NCBI GenBank assembly: GCA_037917685.1
Contig: JAVCBU010000012.1
Location: forward strand, 352,001-416,000
Direction of reading: 5' to 3'
DNA: 64,000 bases
From: Thermoproteota archaeon
GTDB taxonomy: Archaea > Korarchaeota > Korarchaeia > Korarchaeales > JAOZGB01
Made by a program: the position numbers and the translations under genes. Shown piece by piece: positions 1 to 8,289 of the stretch (positions are counted from its first letter, which is position 1; each line of letters begins with the position of its first letter). The notes under the pieces are model-generated. The model made no database searches. It was not told the origin of the DNA and saw only the letters and a program-made list of their open reading frames with translations.

Positions 1-1221
1 ATGGTTCTTGAAGGAAAGATAAAGTTCCATCCTGAAAGCTCTAAAGTTATTCTCCTGAACTGGTTGGATTCAATTACAACTGATTGGCCCATATCAAGAC
101 GGAGGTATTATGGGACAGAGTTGCCTATATGGTACTGTAAGTCTTGCAAGAAGCCAGTACTCCCCCAAAAGGGCAAGTATTATAGGCCGTGGAAGGAAAA
201 TCCGCCTTTCGATAAGTGCCCAATATGTGGATCAGACAAGGGTTTTGAGGGAGAAACTAGAACCTTTGACACATGGATGGATTCGAGTATTACGGAAGCC
301 GTCTATTGCGGGTATGATTGGGACATGAACCTCTTTGAAAAGCTTTATCCATGCTCTATAAGGCCCCAAGGGAAGGACATTGTTAGAACATGGCTGTACT
401 ATACCCTTCTCAGGGGATATTTACTTTTTGGGAAGCCAGCTTTTAAAGAAGTGTGGATCTCAGGAATGGGCCTGGACGAACATGGCAGAGCCATGCATCG
501 CCATTTAGGTAACGTAATATACCCATGGCCAATGATAGAAAAGTACGGATCTGAGGCTATAAGATTTTTCGGGGCATTTGAAACTAATCTCGGCTCTGAT
601 TTTAGAATATCAGAACAACGGGTTAGGGGAACGCTCAAGTTCTTGATAAAAGTGTTGAACGTTGCACGATACATTTCAATGTTCCCATATGTTGACAAAG
701 AACCTCAACTGAGAAAGACGGATCTATGGATTCTTGGAGAGGCAAACAAGCTTATTAGAAGATGTATGGTGGGATACAACGAGTTAAACTTCTTCATCCC
801 TGCAAGAGCCATAAAAACATTTGTAAAGGACTTATACGCCCCACACTATATTGAAATGAGCAAGAAACGTGCCTACGAGGAATCTAATGGAGCGGAGTCA
901 GCGTGGTATACTCTGCACCAGACACTTAGGATTATACTCCTTTTGATGGCGCCTATCACACCATTAATCACAGATTACATTTGGAGAAAGATATATGGAG
1001 GTACAATTCACCGCATGACATTCCCGGAACCGGTTGAGAAGTGGGACAGCAAGCTGACAGATCTCACAGAGAAGCTCAAAGAATTTAACCAGCAGGTATG
1101 GAGGATGAAGACTGAAATGAAGTTATCACTTAAGGACGAGATTGAGATAGAAATTCCAAGTGAGCTTAAGCCGTTTGAAGAGGACCTTATAGCCCTTCAC
1201 AATATAAAAAGGAGGGATTAA
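1..1221 (+). CDS. valS: Valyl-tRNA synthetase, C-terminal part (gene starts before the window)
   Basis: DWPISRRRYYGT, ETRTFDTWMDSS and RPQGKDIVRTW motifs of archaeal ValRS; Zn-knuckle CxxC pairs; KMSKS position reads AMHRH. Confidence 0.93.
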   Translation: MVLEGKIKFHPESSKVILLNWLDSITTDWPISRRRYYGTELPIWYCKSCKKPVLPQKGKYYRPWKENPPFDKCPICGSDKGFEGETRTFDTWMDSSITEAVYCGYDWDMNLFEKLYPCSIRPQGKDIVRTWLYYTLLRGYLLFGKPAFKEVWISGMGLDEHGRAMHRHLGNVIYPWPMIEKYGSEAIRFFGAFETNLGSDFRISEQRVRGTLKFLIKVLNVARYISMFPYVDKEPQLRKTDLWILGEANKLIRRCMVGYNELNFFIPARAIKTFVKDLYAPHYIEMSKKRAYEESNGAESAWYTLHQTLRIILLLMAPITPLITDYIWRKIYGGTIHRMTFPEPVEKWDSKLTDLTEKLKEFNQQVWRMKTEMKLSLKDEIEIEIPSELKPFEEDLIALHNIKRRD

Positions 1222-1421
1222 CGCTCTACGAGGAACGTTATTTTGACTCTAGCCCTATACTCCTTTATCTCGTCTCCTTCCACTATTGCGCTATAGCCTA
1301 GCACCTTTATCCTTCGGATATTCCTCAGTGTTTTCTTTGCCTCGTTAAACGCTGCATATACGGCATCCTCCCAGCTTTTTGTTGATGAACCTACTAGCTC
1401 TATGTTTTTGGCTACAGGCAT
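1218..1421 (-). CDS. Dodecin-family flavin-binding protein
   Basis: KNIELVGSSTKSWEDAV...LRNI...EYRARVKITF dodecin signature; ATG at 1421 preferred over TTG at 1430. Confidence 0.88.
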   Translation of the reverse strand: MPVAKNIELVGSSTKSWEDAVYAAFNEAKKTLRNIRRIKVLGYSAIVEGDEIKEYRARVKITFLVER

Positions 1422-1460
1422 TTTAACCAAATATACTTCTCTTTAATATTTTTTATTAAG

Positions 1461-2306
1461 CTATCGTCCAGCAATGTTAAAATATATTTTCTTTAGCTTT
1501 ACTGCGTCCTCGTCGAGAAGGGGGGTTTCACAGATTATGGTGGGGGAGAGGTTCCACTCATGGATTATCTCGGCAAGGGGTTTAAAGTCGGGTCCGTATC
1601 CTGAGCCTATGTCGTGATGCCTTCTTTCTCCATAACCTTTCTTAGTCATTTCTATCTCTGAAAAATGAATTAAGAGGTTATTCACGGTTTTTCCTAGTTT
1701 ATCTTCAACATAGCTTAGTATTCTTTCATAATCTTCCCTTTCTTTGATTGTACCTCCTTCTCTCGCATGTAAATGGGCGAAATCTATGGTGGGAACCACG
1801 TAGTCCAGCTCCATGCTAAGATTTACAACCTCACCTAAAGACCCAAACTGGCTAGGTTTACCTGTAGTCTCGGGGGAAACCTCAATTTTTATTCCCTCCG
1901 CCTTTAAGCGCTCAATAATCCATTCTAGGCTTTCTTTTACCCGTTGGTAAGCTTCTTTACGTGATAGTTTGCCGTAATATCCAGGGTGAAATGTCACATG
2001 ATTCGCCCCTAACCATGTAGCCACGCGGCAAGCATTGAGAAGCCTTTCTCTGCTAGCAGCAAGCTTAGTTTCGTCTTCAGAGCATAGGTTTATTGCATAG
2101 GGAGCATGAAGAGATAATTTAACATCGTGTTCAACCGCGGCTAATCCTATCTTTTGTAAGGGCTCCTTTTTGGTAGGGAGCCTTCTTACAGCCTGGTACT
2201 CCATTGCATCGAGGCCTTTCTCTTTCAGATAAATTATTGCTGCTTCTCCTTTTAGCCCCGACACGGGAAAACCAGCAGGTCCAAATCTAACCCTGCCCAA
2301 GCTCAC
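1461..2306 (-). CDS. nfo: Endonuclease IV-family (AP endonuclease 2) TIM-barrel protein
   Basis: RFGPAG, SLHAPYAINL, FHPGYY, PETTGKPSQFG, IDFAHLHAR, HFS, IICETP metal-binding motifs. Confidence 0.88.
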   Translation of the reverse strand: MSLGRVRFGPAGFPVSGLKGEAAIIYLKEKGLDAMEYQAVRRLPTKKEPLQKIGLAAVEHDVKLSLHAPYAINLCSEDETKLAASRERLLNACRVATWLGANHVTFHPGYYGKLSRKEAYQRVKESLEWIIERLKAEGIKIEVSPETTGKPSQFGSLGEVVNLSMELDYVVPTIDFAHLHAREGGTIKEREDYERILSYVEDKLGKTVNNLLIHFSEIEMTKKGYGERRHHDIGSGYGPDFKPLAEIIHEWNLSPTIICETPLLDEDAVKLKKIYFNIAGR

Positions 2307-3656
2307 CTACCCATATGCTACAAGTTCTACTTCGTCGATGCTTACCCTTCTATTATTATCTCTATCAAACCATCTAACGACAATAATATTTTTCCCTTGA
2401 AGATCATCCCAATATTCTATCAGAAACTTCGTGATGGCCTCAGTTCCATACCGTGTGCATCCCATCAGCATTAGTACGGATCGTCTACCCCAGTTATCAT
2501 AGGCTATTGTTGCAACACCATAATCCCCTTCGGCCCAGTTTGAGGAATTGAATGTGAATGTTTCATTTTCTACTTCAACCCATGATCCTGAACGGTTGAC
2601 GTGTATTAAGCCATAAATTCTAAGCTCTATCTTACCGTCTGATTTATCGAAATCTACAGGTGCTCTTTCTATAAATTGCCTGGATGCTGGATTTGATAAT
2701 GGGCCTCCAATGGCTACGAGGTCGTGTACCCCAGGGTAGGTCCCTACGTATACTCTGCCCTTAAAGTTAAATTTAGCTTGAAAGGTATTAGCCAGCTTTT
2801 CTTCAACACCAGTCGTGCTAATTGAGGCCTCTCTGTGGAACTTTAGGAATCTATACACCGTTTTAACCTCAGCTTCCCCGCAAAGGGAGCATGCCGACTG
2901 TATAACGTATCCGTTTTCGTCATATACTGCTGCAACTGCCCTTAAATTTGAAGGATTTGAATCCTGGGATATTTGCCAGGATCCGTGTAAAATAACTCCG
3001 TTACCTGTTAGAACTGGGATATGCTCCTCTAACGCGAGACCTCGAAATATGGAATCGAAGGTTTTAGTCTCTCTTAGTACATACACATAGTCTTCCACGT
3101 TATCTTCAACTATATATACCACAGCTTGTAGATTATAGATCGCACTGGACTGGTCAAGATCTACATACAAGGTTACGTCCACTTTACCACTCTTAACTTC
3201 AAAGTTTAATCTTAGTCTTACCTTAGGAACCTCTCTTTGCATCGATTTCCAAAGCAGGTATTGGTATTCATCTTTAATATTCTCAGAAGAACCGTCTTTC
3301 CTCTCGTATCCCCCATCAAATAAGACTATCGGGGCTGAAACATCTGAATATCCGCCTATGGCCTTTGCTTTGTTAACTCCATATTCTGTCTCAAGCGAAT
3401 CCTTAATTTCCTCTGAAGTTGAGACCCTATATATTACTAAGTGCCATTCGTGATACTCGTTTTCGCTCCAAAGTTCTTGGATAGCTGGATCACACGAGTT
3501 CATACAATGAGGGCAAGTCTCACTGGTAAACACTTCAACAAGCACGGAATGCGTGGGTTCACCGCCCTCTACACTATAGGAAAACAGAGCTAGAGAAAGG
3601 GTTAAGAGTACTAAAGTTAGCTGTATCGTTAATATTGGATACGGACTTTTATCCAT
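2307..3656 (-). CDS. Secreted thioredoxin-like (CxxC) protein with a C-terminal S-layer-type module
   Basis: N-terminal signal peptide; LVEVFTSETCPHC; C-terminal AIGGPLSNP and MGCTRYGT motifs. Confidence 0.6.
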   Translation of the reverse strand: MDKSPYPILTIQLTLVLLTLSLALFSYSVEGGEPTHSVLVEVFTSETCPHCMNSCDPAIQELWSENEYHEWHLVIYRVSTSEEIKDSLETEYGVNKAKAIGGYSDVSAPIVLFDGGYERKDGSSENIKDEYQYLLWKSMQREVPKVRLRLNFEVKSGKVDVTLYVDLDQSSAIYNLQAVVYIVEDNVEDYVYVLRETKTFDSIFRGLALEEHIPVLTGNGVILHGSWQISQDSNPSNLRAVAAVYDENGYVIQSACSLCGEAEVKTVYRFLKFHREASISTTGVEEKLANTFQAKFNFKGRVYVGTYPGVHDLVAIGGPLSNPASRQFIERAPVDFDKSDGKIELRIYGLIHVNRSGSWVEVENETFTFNSSNWAEGDYGVATIAYDNWGRRSVLMLMGCTRYGTEAITKFLIEYWDDLQGKNIIVVRWFDRDNNRRVSIDEVELVAYG

Positions 3657-3713
3657 AGGTCTTGTATCTCCCTATTATAGTTTAACTGTTGTTTAACGCA
3701 CGTCGAACCCTAC

Positions 3714-4133
3714 TTAGATTCCCCTCTTCTTTGCATCTTCAATGGCAAACCTGCGGTATTCTTCAGGACTCATTAATTCTTTAGTCTCTTGATCTATATT
3801 ACTTGGTTCCAGTACTGCTATCCACCCCTTACCGTATGGATCAGAGTTCAACAATCCGGGATTATCTTCCAAGTCCGTATTTACTTCAATAACTTTACCT
3901 GAAATGGGACATTTAAGTTCTCCCGACCATTTTCCGCTTTCTATAAGGCTTAGGGGGTCTCCTTTGGAGAGCTCATCTCCTTCCATGGGTAGCTCGACAT
4001 ACACTATTTTCTTTGCAAGGTACTGGCCGTAATCTGTAAGCCCTACTCTAGCTTTCCCGTCTTCTATCTTTACCCACATGTTATCTTTGCTATAATATAG
4101 CCCCTCAGGGGTTTTAAACCTGGTTTCCGACAT
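3714..4133 (-). CDS. gcvH: Glycine cleavage system H protein (lipoyl carrier)
   Basis: ARVGLTDYGQ, VYVELP, IESGK (lipoyl-Lys), PISGKVIEVN, NSDPYGKGWI; ATG at 4133 follows a GAAGGTGA SD. Confidence 0.9.
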   Translation of the reverse strand: MSETRFKTPEGLYYSKDNMWVKIEDGKARVGLTDYGQYLAKKIVYVELPMEGDELSKGDPLSLIESGKWSGELKCPISGKVIEVNTDLEDNPGLLNSDPYGKGWIAVLEPSNIDQETKELMSPEEYRRFAIEDAKKRGI

Positions 4134-4186
4134 TTCACCTTCCACCTTGCTTATCAACCCAGGTTTTTTATTAATATGTGTGAGAG

Positions 4187-5851
4187 CTACACTGCTATTG
4201 CGATGATTTGAGAGGAGGAATGTCGGAACTCGCAGGGAGGTAACAGGATTTTTGCTTTAAATATGAAATGGTCATTTTTATCCACGACCGCCGCTATTTG
4301 TCCGGATCTTAGATCCGGATCGTAGTCTTCGACCTGGTTTCCCAAAACTATTCGATCCCTTGGGAGAGTATTCACTATTAATCTGCCAAGTGGGGGCTTA
4401 TTTGTGGATATTAAAATTCTAAATCCTTCATCAGTAAGTATAGGTAGGCCATCAGAGTCTATATACCCTATTTCCCTGTTTTTGAGGATAAATATTATTT
4501 TATTCTCGTGTTTCTTGGTTTTTAAGCCTGCTATGTCTATATTGTAATAGTATTTTAACAGTTGCCTCGCTGTTTCCAGCGGGGTTAGTTCATCTTGAAT
4601 TTTAGATTTTTTAAGCTGTTTGAGTGGATACGTTTGGAGGAGGCCGGCAGGTATCACCCCTAGCCCCTTGACGTAAACATGTTTGCCGGGATACCTTCTT
4701 GGCATTCTAAGTCTTATCCTCGCTATTTCCGGCCTGAGCCAGAACTCTACTCCAGCGTATCTTGGGGGGTTATCTTTAATTATTGGCTCGTATTTCTCAA
4801 TCCATCTAGAATGTTTCCTTAATAGGAGAATTAATGCTTCTAAAAATCGCGGGTGCGATCTAGCTCTTAATTGAACGAGATTTAAGAGCTCCTGGTTTTT
4901 TATGGCAGTCTTTACAATTTTCAACTCTTCAAAAGTTACGAAAAGATTGTGTCTTGCTAGTAACTCCATTCTCTCTTTCTTGTCCATCTCTAAAAGTTCC
5001 TGAGGTGTGTATTTTACACAAACTGGGCAACTGCAAGGAAATTCTTCTATTTCCATTAATTTTAGTGTGCCGAAGGCTGTTAAGTATCTGTCTTGCCTTG
5101 CTGCGATACTGTACATAGCTGAATCAAATAGGTCGCAACCTAAAAATGCTAGCAATGAGAATATCATAGGATGGCCTGCGCCAAAAGCATGTATAATTTT
5201 GTCTGGAATAGTCTTTTTGATAGCTATTATTATGTCGCATATTTCTTTATAGTTGTAACTCATAAGGTAGGGGGCTAGGCCTCCGATAGCATATATATTT
5301 CCCACGTTTCTGAGGGCTATGGCGGATTTTACTCTCAGATCAATATGGGTCCCTCCTTGTAATGGAATAAGGTATTCTCTCCCGCTTGGGATTATTCTTT
5401 TTGAACTTATAACTCTACGTATTGTTTCGTCGACTTTACTCTCTGCTTCTTCTCTACTGTCTTTGGGTAGTACAAAATAGTCTAAAGGAGTAATTATGTC
5501 TGATCCTATCTCTACTTGGAATTTAACGATTGTTTCTGGATCTACACCCTTTATTCCCCTAGAGTACATTTGGTACGCTCCTGAATCGGTCATTATGATC
5601 CCATGAAAGTTCAACATTCTATGGAGCTTCTCTTCCTTAGCTTTTTCCCTCAGAGAAGGAGTATTACCAATTATGTAGGCGTTTGTTATCAGTATTTCTG
5701 CTTTAAACTGGTTTCCAAGCTCTACTGGGCTAATAATCAGCTTATTAGGATTTACGACTATAGCTATGTTTGGCGTTTCAACCTTTTTCCCCGCAACGTT
5801 TAGAACAGAGATTTTCGCAAGTCCATCTCTATATTTTATCTCCCTCTCCAA
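4187..5851 (-). CDS. tgtA: Archaeosine tRNA-guanine(15) transglycosylase
   Basis: ITNAYI, MTDSGAYQ (catalytic Asp), HAFGAGHP, GCDLFDSA, Zn site CSCPVC...HNL, ARSHP; degenerate C-terminal PUA-like region. Confidence 0.93.
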   Translation of the reverse strand: MEREIKYRDGLAKISVLNVAGKKVETPNIAIVVNPNKLIISPVELGNQFKAEILITNAYIIGNTPSLREKAKEEKLHRMLNFHGIIMTDSGAYQMYSRGIKGVDPETIVKFQVEIGSDIITPLDYFVLPKDSREEAESKVDETIRRVISSKRIIPSGREYLIPLQGGTHIDLRVKSAIALRNVGNIYAIGGLAPYLMSYNYKEICDIIIAIKKTIPDKIIHAFGAGHPMIFSLLAFLGCDLFDSAMYSIAARQDRYLTAFGTLKLMEIEEFPCSCPVCVKYTPQELLEMDKKERMELLARHNLFVTFEELKIVKTAIKNQELLNLVQLRARSHPRFLEALILLLRKHSRWIEKYEPIIKDNPPRYAGVEFWLRPEIARIRLRMPRRYPGKHVYVKGLGVIPAGLLQTYPLKQLKKSKIQDELTPLETARQLLKYYYNIDIAGLKTKKHENKIIFILKNREIGYIDSDGLPILTDEGFRILISTNKPPLGRLIVNTLPRDRIVLGNQVEDYDPDLRSGQIAAVVDKNDHFIFKAKILLPPCEFRHSSSQIIAIAV

Positions 5852-7175
5852 TTAACTCCCTCTTTAAGATGGTCTTTAGCCTTTCCACTGCTAGAGGATG
5901 GGCAACTGCTGGTTTAAAACTTTCTTCAACTATCTTACTATAAGTTTTATCGTCGATAACTTCAATTAGTTTTAGCTGTGTTCTTTCGAATGCTATTCTT
6001 ATAGCTTTGATTGTTTCTGAATCAGGCCTAAAATATGCTATATACTTTTTGTAATGGTCTGAGTGAGCTCTAAGATATTTTTCCACCCTTACACTGGTTA
6101 TCTCTATGTATTGCTTTTTTATCTCTTGAGTTTCCCTCCATTCCTCCCAGTCGTAGTGGGAGAATGGATAATATCTTATGTACTCGTATGGAATTACACC
6201 TGGGGAACTCACAGCTACGATATGTATCTTTCTGAAAAAGGGAAAACCAGATATTCCTGATAGTATGGCCTTCCACGTCTTAGACTTTGTGTAGGGTTTT
6301 TTATACGCGCATGGTAGGAAAAGGAGGTATATCTTTCCTTTAGGTGGACTATAAAATCTTAGAAAGTAGTCTTGCCACACTTCATAGTAGGGATGCCTTA
6401 GATACTCTATGCCTACACCTTTGAGTTTTACTCTTTTCTCTGGTGGGAATCTAGGTACAAAAGCAAAATTGTTAAAGTCAAGTTCCACCTTAGGGTTGCT
6501 TCTCCACTTACCTACTAGTTTTTCGAACTGTTCCTTATCTAGCGGCCTCCATGCTCCTCTGATATAATCATTCCAGAGCTCTGAATCTACGTGGGGGTAA
6601 GTGTTTATGATTACAATGCTGTCGGAGTATTTTAATGCTAGTTCAACGGTCCTATGGAGTATCCCTTGTTGTAAATTAATGTCCTTAAATATTGGGTGAG
6701 GGTTAACAAGGATGTATGTTCTTACCCCTAATCCCTTTTCTCTCAGTTTTACGGCTGCTCTTATGTATTCTTCCACTGTTTGACCCTTTTTTAGTAGTTC
6801 AAGAATCTTATTATCTGCGACTTCGAGGCCCATTGCAATGGTGACCTTTAATCCGTCTACTATTAAGTCGTCAAGGCTGTTTTGAAGAACGTGTCCTACC
6901 CTTGACTCAATTACGACCTCTTTAACTCCAGCATCTCTTATTATCTGAAGCATTTCCTTTAGAATCCATCTGGGGAACTGTCTTTTGTCAAGTAGGCTAC
7001 CAGATGAGAATATCTTTAGTTTTTCGACTCCTTTATTTTTATCAAGAAATCTTCGGAGTTTATCTATCAGTTCCTTGGGGGTGACATTTACTTCTCTCTT
7101 CCCCCAACCACAAAAATAGCATTTCCCCCAGCTACACCTGCCACTTTCAAGAATTATGGAAGCTTCATTACTCAA
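5829..7175 (-). CDS. Fusion of a RaSEA-type radical SAM domain and an ArcS-like (DUF5591-type) domain; putative archaeosine synthase
   Basis: N-terminal CSWGKCYFC, KIFSSGSLLD, IESR, AMGLEVAD; C-terminal LFLPCAYKKPY, SSPGVIPYE, YPFSHYDW; overlaps the tgtA start. Confidence 0.8.
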   Translation of the reverse strand: MSNEASIILESGRCSWGKCYFCGWGKREVNVTPKELIDKLRRFLDKNKGVEKLKIFSSGSLLDKRQFPRWILKEMLQIIRDAGVKEVVIESRVGHVLQNSLDDLIVDGLKVTIAMGLEVADNKILELLKKGQTVEEYIRAAVKLREKGLGVRTYILVNPHPIFKDINLQQGILHRTVELALKYSDSIVIINTYPHVDSELWNDYIRGAWRPLDKEQFEKLVGKWRSNPKVELDFNNFAFVPRFPPEKRVKLKGVGIEYLRHPYYEVWQDYFLRFYSPPKGKIYLLFLPCAYKKPYTKSKTWKAILSGISGFPFFRKIHIVAVSSPGVIPYEYIRYYPFSHYDWEEWRETQEIKKQYIEITSVRVEKYLRAHSDHYKKYIAYFRPDSETIKAIRIAFERTQLKLIEVIDDKTYSKIVEESFKPAVAHPLAVERLKTILKRELIGEGDKI

Positions 7176-7763
7176 CTAGACACCTATAAGCCCATTTACC
7201 TTTAACCATGTGCTTGCGCCTTTTAAAATGAGCTCTATTGCTATGGCTGCTAGCAGAAGCCCCATAACTTTCACTATTATTCTGACACCACGCTTACCTA
7301 TTTTGCTGAGTATTTTAGGAGACAATCTCAATATTACATATGAGAGGGACATGCTTATTGCTAGGGCGATTATTACGGTTGTGTGATTGTAGCTTCTCAT
7401 AAGAATGATCGATAATGTTATAGCTCCTGGACCTGCTAGAAGTGGGGTTCCGATAGGCACAGCTGCAAATTCGTCAAGTGAAATCTTAGGCTCCACGTAT
7501 TTGATGAACTCGAGTGCTAAGGATAGAAGCATTATTCCACCGGCGATCATAAAGCTGCAAAGTGAGATGTCAAGAGCCCTGAGCAATATATCTCCAAGGA
7601 TTGTGAAAAATAGTAGAAGACTGAAGGCTACGATAACTGCGTCTCTGGCCACTTGATTAACCTTTCTTCTATCAACCATGGAGAATATTGGCACAACGTT
7701 AAATGGATCTATTATAAGGAAGAGTTGTATGAACACTTTCAAGATTTCAGTCATCATCACCAC
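7176..7763 (-). CDS. MarC family membrane protein
   Basis: LIIDPFNVVPIF, IAGGIML, AVPIGTPLLAGPGAI, KVMGLLLAAIA. Confidence 0.92.
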   Translation of the reverse strand: MVMMTEILKVFIQLFLIIDPFNVVPIFSMVDRRKVNQVARDAVIVAFSLLLFFTILGDILLRALDISLCSFMIAGGIMLLSLALEFIKYVEPKISLDEFAAVPIGTPLLAGPGAITLSIILMRSYNHTTVIIALAISMSLSYVILRLSPKILSKIGKRGVRIIVKVMGLLLAAIAIELILKGASTWLKVNGLIGV

Positions 7764-7783
7764 CGGTCAGGATGAAAGTGAAG

Positions 7784-7913
7784 TGGGGCTGGTGGGATTT
7801 GAACCCACGATTCACGGGTTTCTCCAGCTCCAGAGCGTCTTCATCCCTGGATTGTCAGAATCTGACATAGGGGCTCTGGAGCCCGCCGCCCTACCAGGCT
7901 AGGCTACAGCCCC
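7784..7913 (-). tRNA. tRNA-Trp(CCA) with a 56-nt intron at 37/38 (intron 7820-7875)
   Basis: Acceptor stem GGGGCTG/CAGCCCC; anticodon stem GCGGG/CCCGT around CT-CCA-G^A; T-arm GTGGG-TTCAAAT-CCCAC. Confidence 0.95.
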
Positions 7914-7943
7914 ACTTAAGATATGTATAGATGCGATTAGGAT

Positions 7944-8234
7944 TTAAATTTTATTATCGAGCTTGAATGTGACTATATGGGTAAGATTAGGTTCCTCTTT
8001 GACTTTTAAGATTCTGAATTTTAGATTTGCACGATCTAATAGGTCGTAGATTAGGTCTTCAAAGTAGTCGTATATTCCACAGGTTCTGCAATACGTACCT
8101 GTAAATTTGACGATTATGGTATCCTCAGTGATTCTTAGAAGTTCTGCTTTAGCTTCGGGGCTTCTATACTTGTTATATTCATCTATCCCCTTTTTAATTA
8201 GTTTTTTGAAACGTTCTGAGCTTATGTCAACCAT
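7944..8234 (-). CDS. Small archaeal protein with a NifU-C-like CxxC motif
   Basis: YNKYRSPEA...VKFTGTYCRTCGIYDYFEDL. Confidence 0.6.
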   Translation of the reverse strand: MVDISSERFKKLIKKGIDEYNKYRSPEAKAELLRITEDTIIVKFTGTYCRTCGIYDYFEDLIYDLLDRANLKFRILKVKEEPNLTHIVTFKLDNKI

Positions 8235-8289
8235 TTCTACCTAAACTATTTTATGATAGTGGAATCTCTAAAAATAAGTCATATCGGAT

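Noticed and set aside
2304-7178. In-frame TAG directly followed by a start codon at 2309/2306 and 7178/7175 (possible amber readthrough)
   Set aside because: The joined proteins are unrelated and topologically incompatible (secreted protein with EndoIV; MarC with a radical SAM enzyme), and no pyl genes are in the window
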